Shown one piece after another: positions 17,787 through 27,350 of a DNA stretch of 64,000 nt. Where the stretch lies: positions 1 to 64,000 of IMG/VR virus record IMGVR_UViG_3300044640_001367, one strand, 5' to 3'. The position numbers and the translations under genes are program-made. The stretch's first letter is position 1; each line of letters begins with the position of its first letter. Under the pieces are notes generated by a model, which worked only from the letters and a program-made list of their open reading frames with translations, ran no database searches and had not been told where the DNA came from. Source of the DNA: an uncultured virus (IMG/VR IMGVR_UViG_3300044640_001367) (lineage: Duplodnaviria > Heunggongvirae > Uroviricota > Caudoviricetes).

Positions 17787-19679
17787 ATGCATATTTTCAT
17801 TTATCCATCTCAAGACACTTATATTAACAATTCCAACAAATTCCAAAACAAAAATTTTGGAATAGACGAGGTGTTAGAAGTATATGCGTCGAACACAGGC
17901 AAAAAAACTGTGTACACAGATCCAAATTGGCACACTGCACCTCTTACCGCCTCTTCATATGGTAATAATGGATGGTTGTCATACACCACGTCTTCACTGT
18001 TCATTTATTCTGGTAGTAAGTGGTATGCTTTTAATCTTACATCTTCTGTAATACCAAATACATCATTTATTGCTAATTTTACAGGTAGATTATCTAATGT
18101 AACTACTAACCCAAAAAAACCACTTTATATTTCTGGATCGGCAAATTATGCATCCGGATCATTTTCAGGTAGTATGAATATAACTAGTTACTCATTCTTT
18201 ACAGGAAGTTGGAGTACAGGTAGTTTTTCTGGCTCTGTGAGAGTTGGTAGTTTTTTTACAAAATTAAAAGTAAACAAACGGACATATACAACAAGTCCAT
18301 TAACTTCGTCTTTGACAGGTACAGGAAGCTTTAAAAATTTAAGAGGGAAACTATTAGGAAAATCAAACACAGGCATACCGTGTAGCTCCAGTTTTTATTC
18401 GCCGGTAAGAGCTTTTAATTCAGGATCATTTACAGGAAGTTTTAGTGGTTCTAATTCTAAGTTGTATATAGAAACTTTAACTTCCAGTAAATTGTATTAC
18501 ACAGATGTCACAAATTTTGCCGGTTATTTCAAAGGTAAATATAGTGGGTCTTTTAAAGCTCCTTCGACAGCTATATACTTAAACTATCCAGAGTTTAGTA
18601 GAACATTAATTAAGTTTGACTTAAACACATTAAGTCAGTCTATTTCTACGAATGAAATTAGCAGTTCAAAGTTAAAATTTACACTCAATTTAAAAGCATG
18701 CGGTATGAGAAATCTTCCGCTAAATTACTCTATATATGCTTATCCAATAAGTCAAAGTTGGGAAAATGGAAACGGTAGATATGCAGACGATGGTTCTCAA
18801 CTAGGAGCTACTTGGAACAATAGAAGTTACTCAGGTAGTAATTTATGGTATGGTAATAAAATAACAAATAGTTATCAACAAGTAAATTATCTATTAACAT
18901 CTTCATATTCAAGTGCTAGTTTTCAAAATCAAGGCGGTACTTGGTATTATAAAGTTCCAACTTCTTATACAAACAAACCAAAATGGATTTGCAACTCCAC
19001 TTCGTTTCCATCATTGGTCAACAACGGATTGATTTGTAGTCAGTCATTCAGTTATGGTAATCAAAGTGATATATCAATGGATATAACACAGATTGTCCGT
19101 TCTTGGCTATGTGGTTGTATTCCAAATCAGGGACTTATGTTATTGAGTTCATTTGAAATAAGTACGCCTCCTCTTCAACCAACCAATGGATTGTTACAGT
19201 TCTTCAGTAAAGATACCAATACTATTTATAGTCCATATATCGATGTCGGATGGAATGATACTGTATTTAGCACAGGCAGTTTAAAACCGGTGTCATCTTC
19301 TATACAAAATCTAATTACCTTGCAGTCATTAAACAGTGCATATAAAGCTGGTAGTGTTGCTAAAATATTTGTTTTTGCAAGAGATAAATATCCTTTAAAG
19401 ACATTTAATAAATCATATCAACAACCCGCGATGGTCACTCCTAAGTATTTACCAACTTCTTCCTATTATATGGTAAAAGATGCTGAATCCGAAGAGGTTT
19501 TAATTAATTTTGACGATTATACTAAATTAAGTTGCGATGCTTCATATGGTAATTATTTTAAATTAAATACTAGCGGATTACCGCAAGAACGTTATTTAAC
19601 AGTATTTATTAAGGTAGAGTACAAAGATGGAACAGTTGACATCGTTGATACTGGGAAAATATTTAAAATAACTCGTTAG
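17787..19679 (+). CDS. Structural protein with DNRLRE-like domain interrupted by GSF repeats
   Basis: QDTYI...NFGIDEVLEV and SRTLIKFDL...YPISQSWENG...ATW...DITQIVRSW...NQGLML motifs, separated by a Ser/Gly-rich insert. Confidence 0.55.
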   Translation: MHIFIYPSQDTYINNSNKFQNKNFGIDEVLEVYASNTGKKTVYTDPNWHTAPLTASSYGNNGWLSYTTSSLFIYSGSKWYAFNLTSSVIPNTSFIANFTGRLSNVTTNPKKPLYISGSANYASGSFSGSMNITSYSFFTGSWSTGSFSGSVRVGSFFTKLKVNKRTYTTSPLTSSLTGTGSFKNLRGKLLGKSNTGIPCSSSFYSPVRAFNSGSFTGSFSGSNSKLYIETLTSSKLYYTDVTNFAGYFKGKYSGSFKAPSTAIYLNYPEFSRTLIKFDLNTLSQSISTNEISSSKLKFTLNLKACGMRNLPLNYSIYAYPISQSWENGNGRYADDGSQLGATWNNRSYSGSNLWYGNKITNSYQQVNYLLTSSYSSASFQNQGGTWYYKVPTSYTNKPKWICNSTSFPSLVNNGLICSQSFSYGNQSDISMDITQIVRSWLCGCIPNQGLMLLSSFEISTPPLQPTNGLLQFFSKDTNTIYSPYIDVGWNDTVFSTGSLKPVSSSIQNLITLQSLNSAYKAGSVAKIFVFARDKYPLKTFNKSYQQPAMVTPKYLPTSSYYMVKDAESEEVLINFDDYTKLSCDASYGNYFKLNTSGLPQERYLTVFIKVEYKDGTVDIVDTGKIFKITR

Positions 19680-19680
19680 T

Positions 19681-20157
19681 ATGGCAAATATACCATTAGT
19701 ATATAACGTATCATTAAGTGATATACAAACATTTAAAGACTTCGGTACATTTCAAAATAACTTTGATAATTTTGGAAATGACCAATTAGTTTACAATATA
19801 TCACAATCATTTGATGGTAAATTTAATTATATTAAATTGCCAATTAAAAGTTTTTTATATAATGAAAACAAAATTGCCGATACATCGACAGTAGAATTCA
19901 CTGAATTACAAACAACCGCTGTCGAAGAAAAGAGAAATTTGACAGATGTTATAATTCAATATAATAATCTGATCGAAGAAAATAGAATCTTAAATCAAAC
20001 GGTAAATAGCTTGGTGGAAAAATATGAAAATAACGATGACAAACAAGTTATTGCGGCTATGAAAAACGAAATTATTGGTTTGCGAATCAAATTGGGACAA
20101 GGAACTGTACTTTCCGATTTTGGCGACGACTATCCATTTTTACCATTAACTTCTTAA
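19681..20157 (+). CDS. Hypothetical structural protein, 158 aa
   Basis: Tightly packed ORF in the baseplate operon with a coiled coil. Confidence 0.7.
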   Translation: MANIPLVYNVSLSDIQTFKDFGTFQNNFDNFGNDQLVYNISQSFDGKFNYIKLPIKSFLYNENKIADTSTVEFTELQTTAVEEKRNLTDVIIQYNNLIEENRILNQTVNSLVEKYENNDDKQVIAAMKNEIIGLRIKLGQGTVLSDFGDDYPFLPLTS

Positions 20158-20158
20158 T

Positions 20159-23100
20159 ATGCCTTACGACTATTTGACAATAAACGATAATGATTTGAAT
20201 AAGGGTATTACAAGTGCATCTTATTTCAATGCCAATTTGCAGTCTTTGTACGAACAACAAGTTGTAAGTAATGATGTATTTTATGGAGAATCCGACGACG
20301 ACTTGTTTGAATTTACTCTTTATAATAATAATCAACAACTTGTAAGTTTTAACAGAGTAATTCCATCCGTTACATATTCCATATTACAAGGAAGTTATAG
20401 AGATATAAATAATGAGTTGAGATCGTATCAATTCGCAAATCCATTTACAAATATTGTATCTCACAAAAATGATATTTTATTACACCCACAATTTGATTTA
20501 AATGCTAGTGGAGTTGGTCCAGGTTTGTATTACTTGTTGTATAATCCAGTTAGAAATATAGCCGGCAATCCGACAAATAAATTGGTTATAAAAGAGATAT
20601 CTCCAAGTAGAACTGAAATACGGTTATCTTATGCATTTGACACAACTAAAAATGAATCATCTAGGTTAGATGCGGTTAAGATAAGATCATTTGCTGATAA
20701 AAAATATTTGTTATTGAGAATATATCAAGATTTAATTGATATTATTAAAAACAATCCAATCGAACAAGACTTTCTGTTAAATAAAAATAAGTATAATTAT
20801 ACAGATATTTGTTTGAAGTTAGGTCTAAAAAGTGAAGCTGAATTGCAGGAATTTATAACATCAACATACGTTGGATATAATTCTGTAATTAAATTAAATA
20901 GTGATACTGATACTACGATTTTACAGACAAGTAAATTTTCAGGTGTACAGGAACAAATTAACAATTTTATATACACATATAACAATGTAGAATTTACCAA
21001 TCAAGAAATATTAGAGTCTTTCAGAATCATCACATTAAAAGTATCACAAGATAGAGTATTACAAAAAAGTTCTATAAATGATATCGATTTACAAAATATA
21101 TTGGGATTATTTGAACAAACGATTTATACCGATTGGATATTGCCGAATGTAACTAATTTATTAGAAAATTATAGAACAAAATATTATGGTTATTATAAGA
21201 ACGCATTGAATTTTGACAATGGAAATTTAATAAAAATTCTAGATCATACAAATTATTTAAATTCAATAGATGATACTTTTAACATACAAGTAAAATTAGA
21301 TGCTCCATTACCTTTACAATATAATATAAAATCGACATGTTGGATATCAAACATATCAATTGCTCCAATTTATTTTAAAGTTAACTTATTTACTTCGAAG
21401 ATATCAAGAAAAGTATTTTTAAACGATATAAATTTTGATGTTCAAGTTAATACGTCGCATCCATCTACAGAAAGATATCAAAGTAATGACGCGTTTACTC
21501 TGGACAAAGCAACAGTAAGATTAAAAGAAAAGTATAATGATTTGTATATAGATTATACAGATTTCAACAATTTTATTAATTATTCATCAGCTGAATTACG
21601 TACTAAAATTGCTAAGAATAAAATCAAAGATTATAATCAACTTGAGTCCGTTAAGAAATCGACTATTAATTCCGCAACAAATACAAGTGCGACAATTTCA
21701 TCTTCTTATAGTCAGTTGGTTAATCAGAAGACATCTCAACAAATCACATTGCTGGATACATTTGATGAATACGAATCCTATTTGTTTTTTAATTCATCCA
21801 GTATAGACAACAAAATCGATGAGGCTATTACATATGATTCGGATAACTATAATAGTTTGGTATATCAACTTCCTGAATATGTAAAGGATGACTCCGATTC
21901 AGCGGATTACATAAAATTCACCGCAATGACCGGACATTTTTTTGATAATATATTAGTCTTTATCAAGAAGTTTCCTAAAACATATCCTATTTCTAACAAT
22001 GATTCAAGTTACTATCCAAAGAATTATATAGATGAATTATTGAACAGTTTTAATTGGAACGTTGACATTGACAAATTTTCTCAAAGTGATTTAAATCAAT
22101 TATATTTAAATAATCAAGAAATTTCAGGTTACAACTCCGCTTCTTATTTCGATTATACAAAATCAATTTTAAATCGATTTGCAAATAACATTTCATCTGT
22201 ATATAAATCCAAGGGTACTATCAATTCATTTGAAATGATACGTACTATGTTTGGCATTCCATCTGGATTAATATCTACCAGAGAGTATGGAAGTGCTGAC
22301 GCTTTTTCCAATCGTGATAATTACTTCGTATACGATGATATTATTTATATGACAGATTTCAAGGAAAATAATTTCTTGAATTTTCAACATACTAGTAGTG
22401 ATTTTATTTATACCACTAGTAGCTACTACGCATCTGGATCCAATATTAATACATTCACCAGTAGCACCGAATACACATCAAAATTTAATGGTATATCTAC
22501 AATTGAATTTTCTTTTAGATTTAAATCGACTAATTATAACTTCGACGACAAGATACAATTGATGTCGAAATATAGAAATAAAAAGTCTGATTGGAATTTA
22601 TTTATAAAAAAATCAAAGCAAGTTAACAGTGGTCAATTAGTATTTGAAATACATCCATATGAATTGGGTAACACCACGTCTAGTTTGATATTAAATGAAA
22701 TACCATTATTAAACGGCGGCATTTTCACTGCTATGTTAAAGCGTGAGCCTGTTCTTGGAGATTTCGATAAGTTGCGGGTTCGTTCAATTAAAACCACTAA
22801 TGAAGATACTCCTTTTATTATAGAAGACGACGGTGATTTTGTGATAGAAGACGATGGCGATTATGTCACATTAGCATCTCAAAAAACAATATTAACAGCT
22901 TCTTATTTTATTAATTCGACAAATGAATTTATTCCATACATATACAGTCTATCCATTAATCAATATGATGGAAGCGTTAAGAATTTCTCATCAACAAAGC
23001 GTAAACTTATAAATTATAATACAAACAAGAAGTTTTCATCGGGTAGTTATTATATAGGTAATTATTCGTCTTCTGTTTCTTTTATAGGAAATTTGGATAA

Positions 23101-24805
23101 AATCAAAATTTTAAAAGAACCACTTAATAATGAATATTTCGATGAACATTCTTATAATTTAGATTCGATATCAATACCAAATAAAGAAAATGTTTATTCT
23201 AATTTGTTTTATTTATGGAGTTTCGACACGCCTGTAGATTTGTATTCATCTACATCGATTAGTACAACCGTACATAATCAAAATATTTATTATAATACGC
23301 AATTCTTTGCTTATAATTTTGGACAAACAGAAAAGTATTATAGCTATCCAACTTGTTCGAATGTAATGATTACTCAGTTCCCATATCAATTTGATAAAAT
23401 CGATCTTAAACAAACTATAAACACCAATAACTTTGGACCAAATTTCAAAATTAATGGTAAAATAAACAAAATAACCGAAACAGCTTTGTCTAATTTAACG
23501 CCGTATGATTATTCGACGAGAATTCAAGACAGTTTAGGTGACGATTCTATCTTATCAGGATTTTTTATAAGTCCATATAACTATTTAAATCAAAAAATAG
23601 AGAATTTTATAGGTTTGGATGGTATAGCCGATATTATAGGTGAACCTCAAAATTTAAACAAACAAAATTATGATGGATTGACTAAATTACAACGTGAATT
23701 CGGCGAAATAAATGAAAAATATATATACCCACAAGAATTTTATAGTACATATAAATTCTACATTGATTTTTCTATATTTGATGTTGTAAAAAATTTAAAA
23801 CCGTCTAGATCTAATTTATTGACAGGCCTTGTATTAGAACCAAGCTTGTTTGAACGTAAAAAGTTTAACTACAGAGATGTGGAATTTTTAACAAATAACG
23901 AATTTGACATATACTTTAATAACAAGACAACATTTACATCTTCTTTATTAAATACGGTTGATATTGCAAACTTCGCTATAGTAACTAGTTCTAACGTTAA
24001 TAATATTACCAGAGATGAAAATACTTATAATTACTCTCGTCTAGAAATTAAAGACACAATCGACGACCGTGATTTTATTTATGCAAAGTATGGAAAATAT
24101 GTATATATTGATTCAAATGGATATAATGTACGAGACACAGTTAATGTAGGCAAAAAAGATTATTATCAATCTGTTAATAATGATGGATTTTTAGTAACAT
24201 TTACTTCTTCATTTGACGAAGTTCAAGTTATTGGTTCTGGGTCGGGATATTCTGTAGGTTCATCTGGCATCTCAGGTACATCCGGCATCTCAGGTACGTC
24301 CGGTACATCCGGTACATCCGGTACATCCGGCACATCCGGCACATCCGGCACGTCGGATTATATAGGATTTAATGTTCAAGTTACCGGAAGTAAGTACCTG
24401 AAAAACTACTATAAAGGCGTATTTAATACAGGATATTCTAATAGACATTTAAGTAAGTTTACATTTGTTGGAAGTCGAACCAAATATCAAGCGGTAAGTG
24501 GTTCTAAGACGCAACTTTTGAGTGGATTGAAGTTGAATACAAAAGGCGATATTGCATATTATACTTATATTAAAGGTAAAAATGATAAGAACAGTACTGT
24601 AAATAGAAAAGGCGTTACAAATGGAAGTTCGCCTGTTATTACCATACCAGGATTTTTAAGTTTGAATATCGAAACCAATAATGCTCCTTCATATGGTGAT
24701 ACAACTGGCTCAATTAGTAGTACTGACTCATTATTCATACAATTACCATTAACCGCTTCTTTACTAACCAGCGCGAGTTTGGAAAGATACATAATGAATT
24801 TATAA
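20159..24805 (+). CDS. Large baseplate wedge-like protein (gp7/tail-protein-I-like core), 1548 aa
   Basis: IKEISPSRTEIRL, LPEYV...KFTAMTGHFFD and YKSKGTINSFEMIRTMFG (gp7/P2-I-like) motifs, a LamG-like stretch, and a (GTS)n tract. Confidence 0.6.
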   Translation: MPYDYLTINDNDLNKGITSASYFNANLQSLYEQQVVSNDVFYGESDDDLFEFTLYNNNQQLVSFNRVIPSVTYSILQGSYRDINNELRSYQFANPFTNIVSHKNDILLHPQFDLNASGVGPGLYYLLYNPVRNIAGNPTNKLVIKEISPSRTEIRLSYAFDTTKNESSRLDAVKIRSFADKKYLLLRIYQDLIDIIKNNPIEQDFLLNKNKYNYTDICLKLGLKSEAELQEFITSTYVGYNSVIKLNSDTDTTILQTSKFSGVQEQINNFIYTYNNVEFTNQEILESFRIITLKVSQDRVLQKSSINDIDLQNILGLFEQTIYTDWILPNVTNLLENYRTKYYGYYKNALNFDNGNLIKILDHTNYLNSIDDTFNIQVKLDAPLPLQYNIKSTCWISNISIAPIYFKVNLFTSKISRKVFLNDINFDVQVNTSHPSTERYQSNDAFTLDKATVRLKEKYNDLYIDYTDFNNFINYSSAELRTKIAKNKIKDYNQLESVKKSTINSATNTSATISSSYSQLVNQKTSQQITLLDTFDEYESYLFFNSSSIDNKIDEAITYDSDNYNSLVYQLPEYVKDDSDSADYIKFTAMTGHFFDNILVFIKKFPKTYPISNNDSSYYPKNYIDELLNSFNWNVDIDKFSQSDLNQLYLNNQEISGYNSASYFDYTKSILNRFANNISSVYKSKGTINSFEMIRTMFGIPSGLISTREYGSADAFSNRDNYFVYDDIIYMTDFKENNFLNFQHTSSDFIYTTSSYYASGSNINTFTSSTEYTSKFNGISTIEFSFRFKSTNYNFDDKIQLMSKYRNKKSDWNLFIKKSKQVNSGQLVFEIHPYELGNTTSSLILNEIPLLNGGIFTAMLKREPVLGDFDKLRVRSIKTTNEDTPFIIEDDGDFVIEDDGDYVTLASQKTILTASYFINSTNEFIPYIYSLSINQYDGSVKNFSSTKRKLINYNTNKKFSSGSYYIGNYSSSVSFIGNLDKIKILKEPLNNEYFDEHSYNLDSISIPNKENVYSNLFYLWSFDTPVDLYSSTSISTTVHNQNIYYNTQFFAYNFGQTEKYYSYPTCSNVMITQFPYQFDKIDLKQTINTNNFGPNFKINGKINKITETALSNLTPYDYSTRIQDSLGDDSILSGFFISPYNYLNQKIENFIGLDGIADIIGEPQNLNKQNYDGLTKLQREFGEINEKYIYPQEFYSTYKFYIDFSIFDVVKNLKPSRSNLLTGLVLEPSLFERKKFNYRDVEFLTNNEFDIYFNNKTTFTSSLLNTVDIANFAIVTSSNVNNITRDENTYNYSRLEIKDTIDDRDFIYAKYGKYVYIDSNGYNVRDTVNVGKKDYYQSVNNDGFLVTFTSSFDEVQVIGSGSGYSVGSSGISGTSGISGTSGTSGTSGTSGTSGTSGTSDYIGFNVQVTGSKYLKNYYKGVFNTGYSNRHLSKFTFVGSRTKYQAVSGSKTQLLSGLKLNTKGDIAYYTYIKGKNDKNSTVNRKGVTNGSSPVITIPGFLSLNIETNNAPSYGDTTGSISSTDSLFIQLPLTASLLTSASLERYIMNL
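24257..24355 (+). repeat. 9-nt tandem repeat x11 encoding (G-[TSI]-S)11
   Basis: ggtacatcc/ggcacatcc units, locally GC-rich against the AT-rich background. Confidence 0.95.
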
Positions 24806-24851
24806 TTCACATTTTTGAGTAAAAATTAAAACTTATCAATAATTATTATAT

Positions 24852-25493
24852 ATGGCATATTTAAATAACAACATTCTTACAGTGAATGCTGTATTGACTA
24901 AAAAAGGAAGAGAAATTCTTGCAAAAACGGGTGGGTTAAACATTACAGCGTTCGCTTTGGCTGACGATGAAATTGATTACACCCAGTTTAATCCAAATCA
25001 TCCATTGGGTAGCGCGTATTACGATATAGCTATTCGTAACACTCCTATTATGGAACCGATTACCGATGAATCACAGTCAATGAAATATAAGTTAGTGACT
25101 TTGAATGACGGAATAACATCTGTACCAACTATAAGTGTAGCTCAAAGTGTAATTACTGTAGATAGAGATTACACGGGGGAAATTTTAATTAGTCCTAGTA
25201 CAAACCCAACTTACAATGTTACGCTTGGATACACATCGATTTTGGCAAATAAAAATGTTGGGACATTGATTGTGACCGAAACAAATAGTTTGAATTCGAC
25301 CAGTGCTACAGTTCCTACTTTTTCAGGAGATTTAACTTCACAAACTTCGCAAGTAGTAATTGGTAATAAATTCAGATTTGTACCAAACGCTGGTTTGTCT
25401 AAAACAACAACCACTAATATTACAATTATTGGCAATGAAAGTGGTGGTAATACATCCATTACAGTGACAGTTAAAGTTCCAACAACAACATAA
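24852..25493 (+). CDS. Baseplate/tail-collar protein (N-terminal half of DUF3751-like fold)
   Basis: AVLTKKGREILAK...ITAFALADDEIDY motif. Confidence 0.6.
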   Translation: MAYLNNNILTVNAVLTKKGREILAKTGGLNITAFALADDEIDYTQFNPNHPLGSAYYDIAIRNTPIMEPITDESQSMKYKLVTLNDGITSVPTISVAQSVITVDRDYTGEILISPSTNPTYNVTLGYTSILANKNVGTLIVTETNSLNSTSATVPTFSGDLTSQTSQVVIGNKFRFVPNAGLSKTTTTNITIIGNESGGNTSITVTVKVPTTT

Positions 25494-25495
25494 TT

Positions 25496-26614
25496 ATGAT
25501 ATTTAGTACATTTAATAATGACGACATTGTAGTCGGTAGAATAAATCAAGTATCTTCCGGTTTATTTGGAACTGGTAGTTTATTTGTTAGTCAATCTACC
25601 TTTGTAACACAATCAGGTGTTACTGGTCAAGCTAATCAACTTACTGGTTCTAGTCCATATGATGTGAGAAATGGTCAATATTATCTTGATATTTACTCAG
25701 GCGGAGATTTATATTTTGATGTAGCATATGGCGATTATGCAAACAGTGGTAGTTCACGATTCGATGTGACCACTTATTCAACCCCCGTATTGACAAATGA
25801 AACGAAAGTTATCTATTCTCAATATAGAAATACCCTTTTACAACCAGGCGATACTTTATTCAGTTTTGCATCTGGAAGTGTAGATAATATAGTTGACAGT
25901 GCAGCTATTTATGTAATAAATTATGCAGCTGACAAATTTAAAGATCAAATAGACGCGGGGCAAATACAGATTTCTTTTAGTGGTTCAGTTGGTCCTAAGA
26001 AATTCACATTTATTGACGATTCACAGGTAGTGAATAAACAACAAACTTCATATAACTTAATTTCAGGTTCCATTGTAAACGGCATTGCTACGCCTTATTT
26101 GAAAAATGGATCGCCGGTTTATGCCGGTATAGGTTTGGTATATCCATCAAACGGCACCATCGTATTTAACGCAATAAATTTAGACAAACACGTTGGTATT
26201 ACAGCAGGACAACAAATTTTAAATAGAGCTAATTATTCTAATAACGTAACTTCTACAAATCGAAGTGGATATTGGAAAGTATGGACAAGAGATTTTTATA
26301 ATGCTCTTAGAAGATCCAAATCAACGATGGGAGTCAGAAAGTCTGAATTTGTACCGTCTACAAATTACTTTATCCGTGTAAAAAATAAAGAATTTAATTA
26401 TAGCAACAATCCAACTTTTGTTTCCGATGGAACAGATGGTTTGACTAAAGGAACTATTATTTATCAAGATTTGATTAATAATCCAAGAACCTATATTACC
26501 TCGGTCGGTTTGTATAATGATAATAATGAACTATTGGCAATTGGTAAAATTAGTCAACCTACAATGAAATCTTTTGACAACGAATTATTGATTAAGGTGC
26601 GGATTGATTTCTAA
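25496..26614 (+). CDS. Baseplate/tail-collar structural protein
   Basis: C-terminal EFNYSNNPTF...TYITSVGLYNDNNELLAIGKISQP...VRIDF motif. Confidence 0.65.
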   Translation: MIFSTFNNDDIVVGRINQVSSGLFGTGSLFVSQSTFVTQSGVTGQANQLTGSSPYDVRNGQYYLDIYSGGDLYFDVAYGDYANSGSSRFDVTTYSTPVLTNETKVIYSQYRNTLLQPGDTLFSFASGSVDNIVDSAAIYVINYAADKFKDQIDAGQIQISFSGSVGPKKFTFIDDSQVVNKQQTSYNLISGSIVNGIATPYLKNGSPVYAGIGLVYPSNGTIVFNAINLDKHVGITAGQQILNRANYSNNVTSTNRSGYWKVWTRDFYNALRRSKSTMGVRKSEFVPSTNYFIRVKNKEFNYSNNPTFVSDGTDGLTKGTIIYQDLINNPRTYITSVGLYNDNNELLAIGKISQPTMKSFDNELLIKVRIDF

Positions 26615-26650
26615 TATATAATAGTTTGTTTTTATTCTATTTATAATAGA

Positions 26651-27349
26651 ATGATCAAATTTTTTAAAACACAAGACGTACTAGTAACCAGATTTACTGT
26701 TTCTAAGGAAAAGACGTTTAATAACGTTTTAAATAATCTTCTTTCTGGTATAGATGGTATCGACGATAGTATATTTCCTATACAATTGTCTTATATTGCG
26801 TGCGACAATAATAAATCAGGAAGTTGTGAAGAGATTTCATCAAATACTGCATATTTAGCAATTACACAATTTGAGGAATCCTCACAAATTGATTTTTCAG
26901 TGGGTAAATATGTAAATTCAAGTTCTGTTTTTTATCCATCATCAAGTGTTAATTGGAATCCAACGGTTAATCCTGTAAATGTTAATGGGACGTATAAAGG
27001 TCAAGTTTATAATACTGTAAATAAAATGTATTATAATAATTACAACAATAGTTACAATATATTTGGATTTGACGATTACGATCACCAACGTACTAAATTG
27101 GATTTGACTAATGATTTTTCGTTGTATAGATTATCAGTTCCACAAACTGGCGACGGCATTAAAAGAAATTCAGTTGTAATATACAATCAATCAGGAGACA
27201 TCGTTTCTAACATATTAGATGATGGCAATCACAATTTGATATTAGGCGGAACTTATTTTATTAATAGTTACGAATTTACGACGGATAATGAAGATACTGT
27301 AGAAAACCAAGGTAGTTATGGTTTGGGTTATTATTTATTGAATACATAG
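26651..27349 (+). CDS. Hypothetical structural protein, 232 aa
   Basis: GDGIKRNSV...ILDDGNHNL resembles the DQIDAG...FIDDS segment of the 25496 protein. TATTTATA lies upstream (26638-26645). Confidence 0.65.
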   Translation: MIKFFKTQDVLVTRFTVSKEKTFNNVLNNLLSGIDGIDDSIFPIQLSYIACDNNKSGSCEEISSNTAYLAITQFEESSQIDFSVGKYVNSSSVFYPSSSVNWNPTVNPVNVNGTYKGQVYNTVNKMYYNNYNNSYNIFGFDDYDHQRTKLDLTNDFSLYRLSVPQTGDGIKRNSVVIYNQSGDIVSNILDDGNHNLILGGTYFINSYEFTTDNEDTVENQGSYGLGYYLLNT

Positions 27350-27350
27350 T

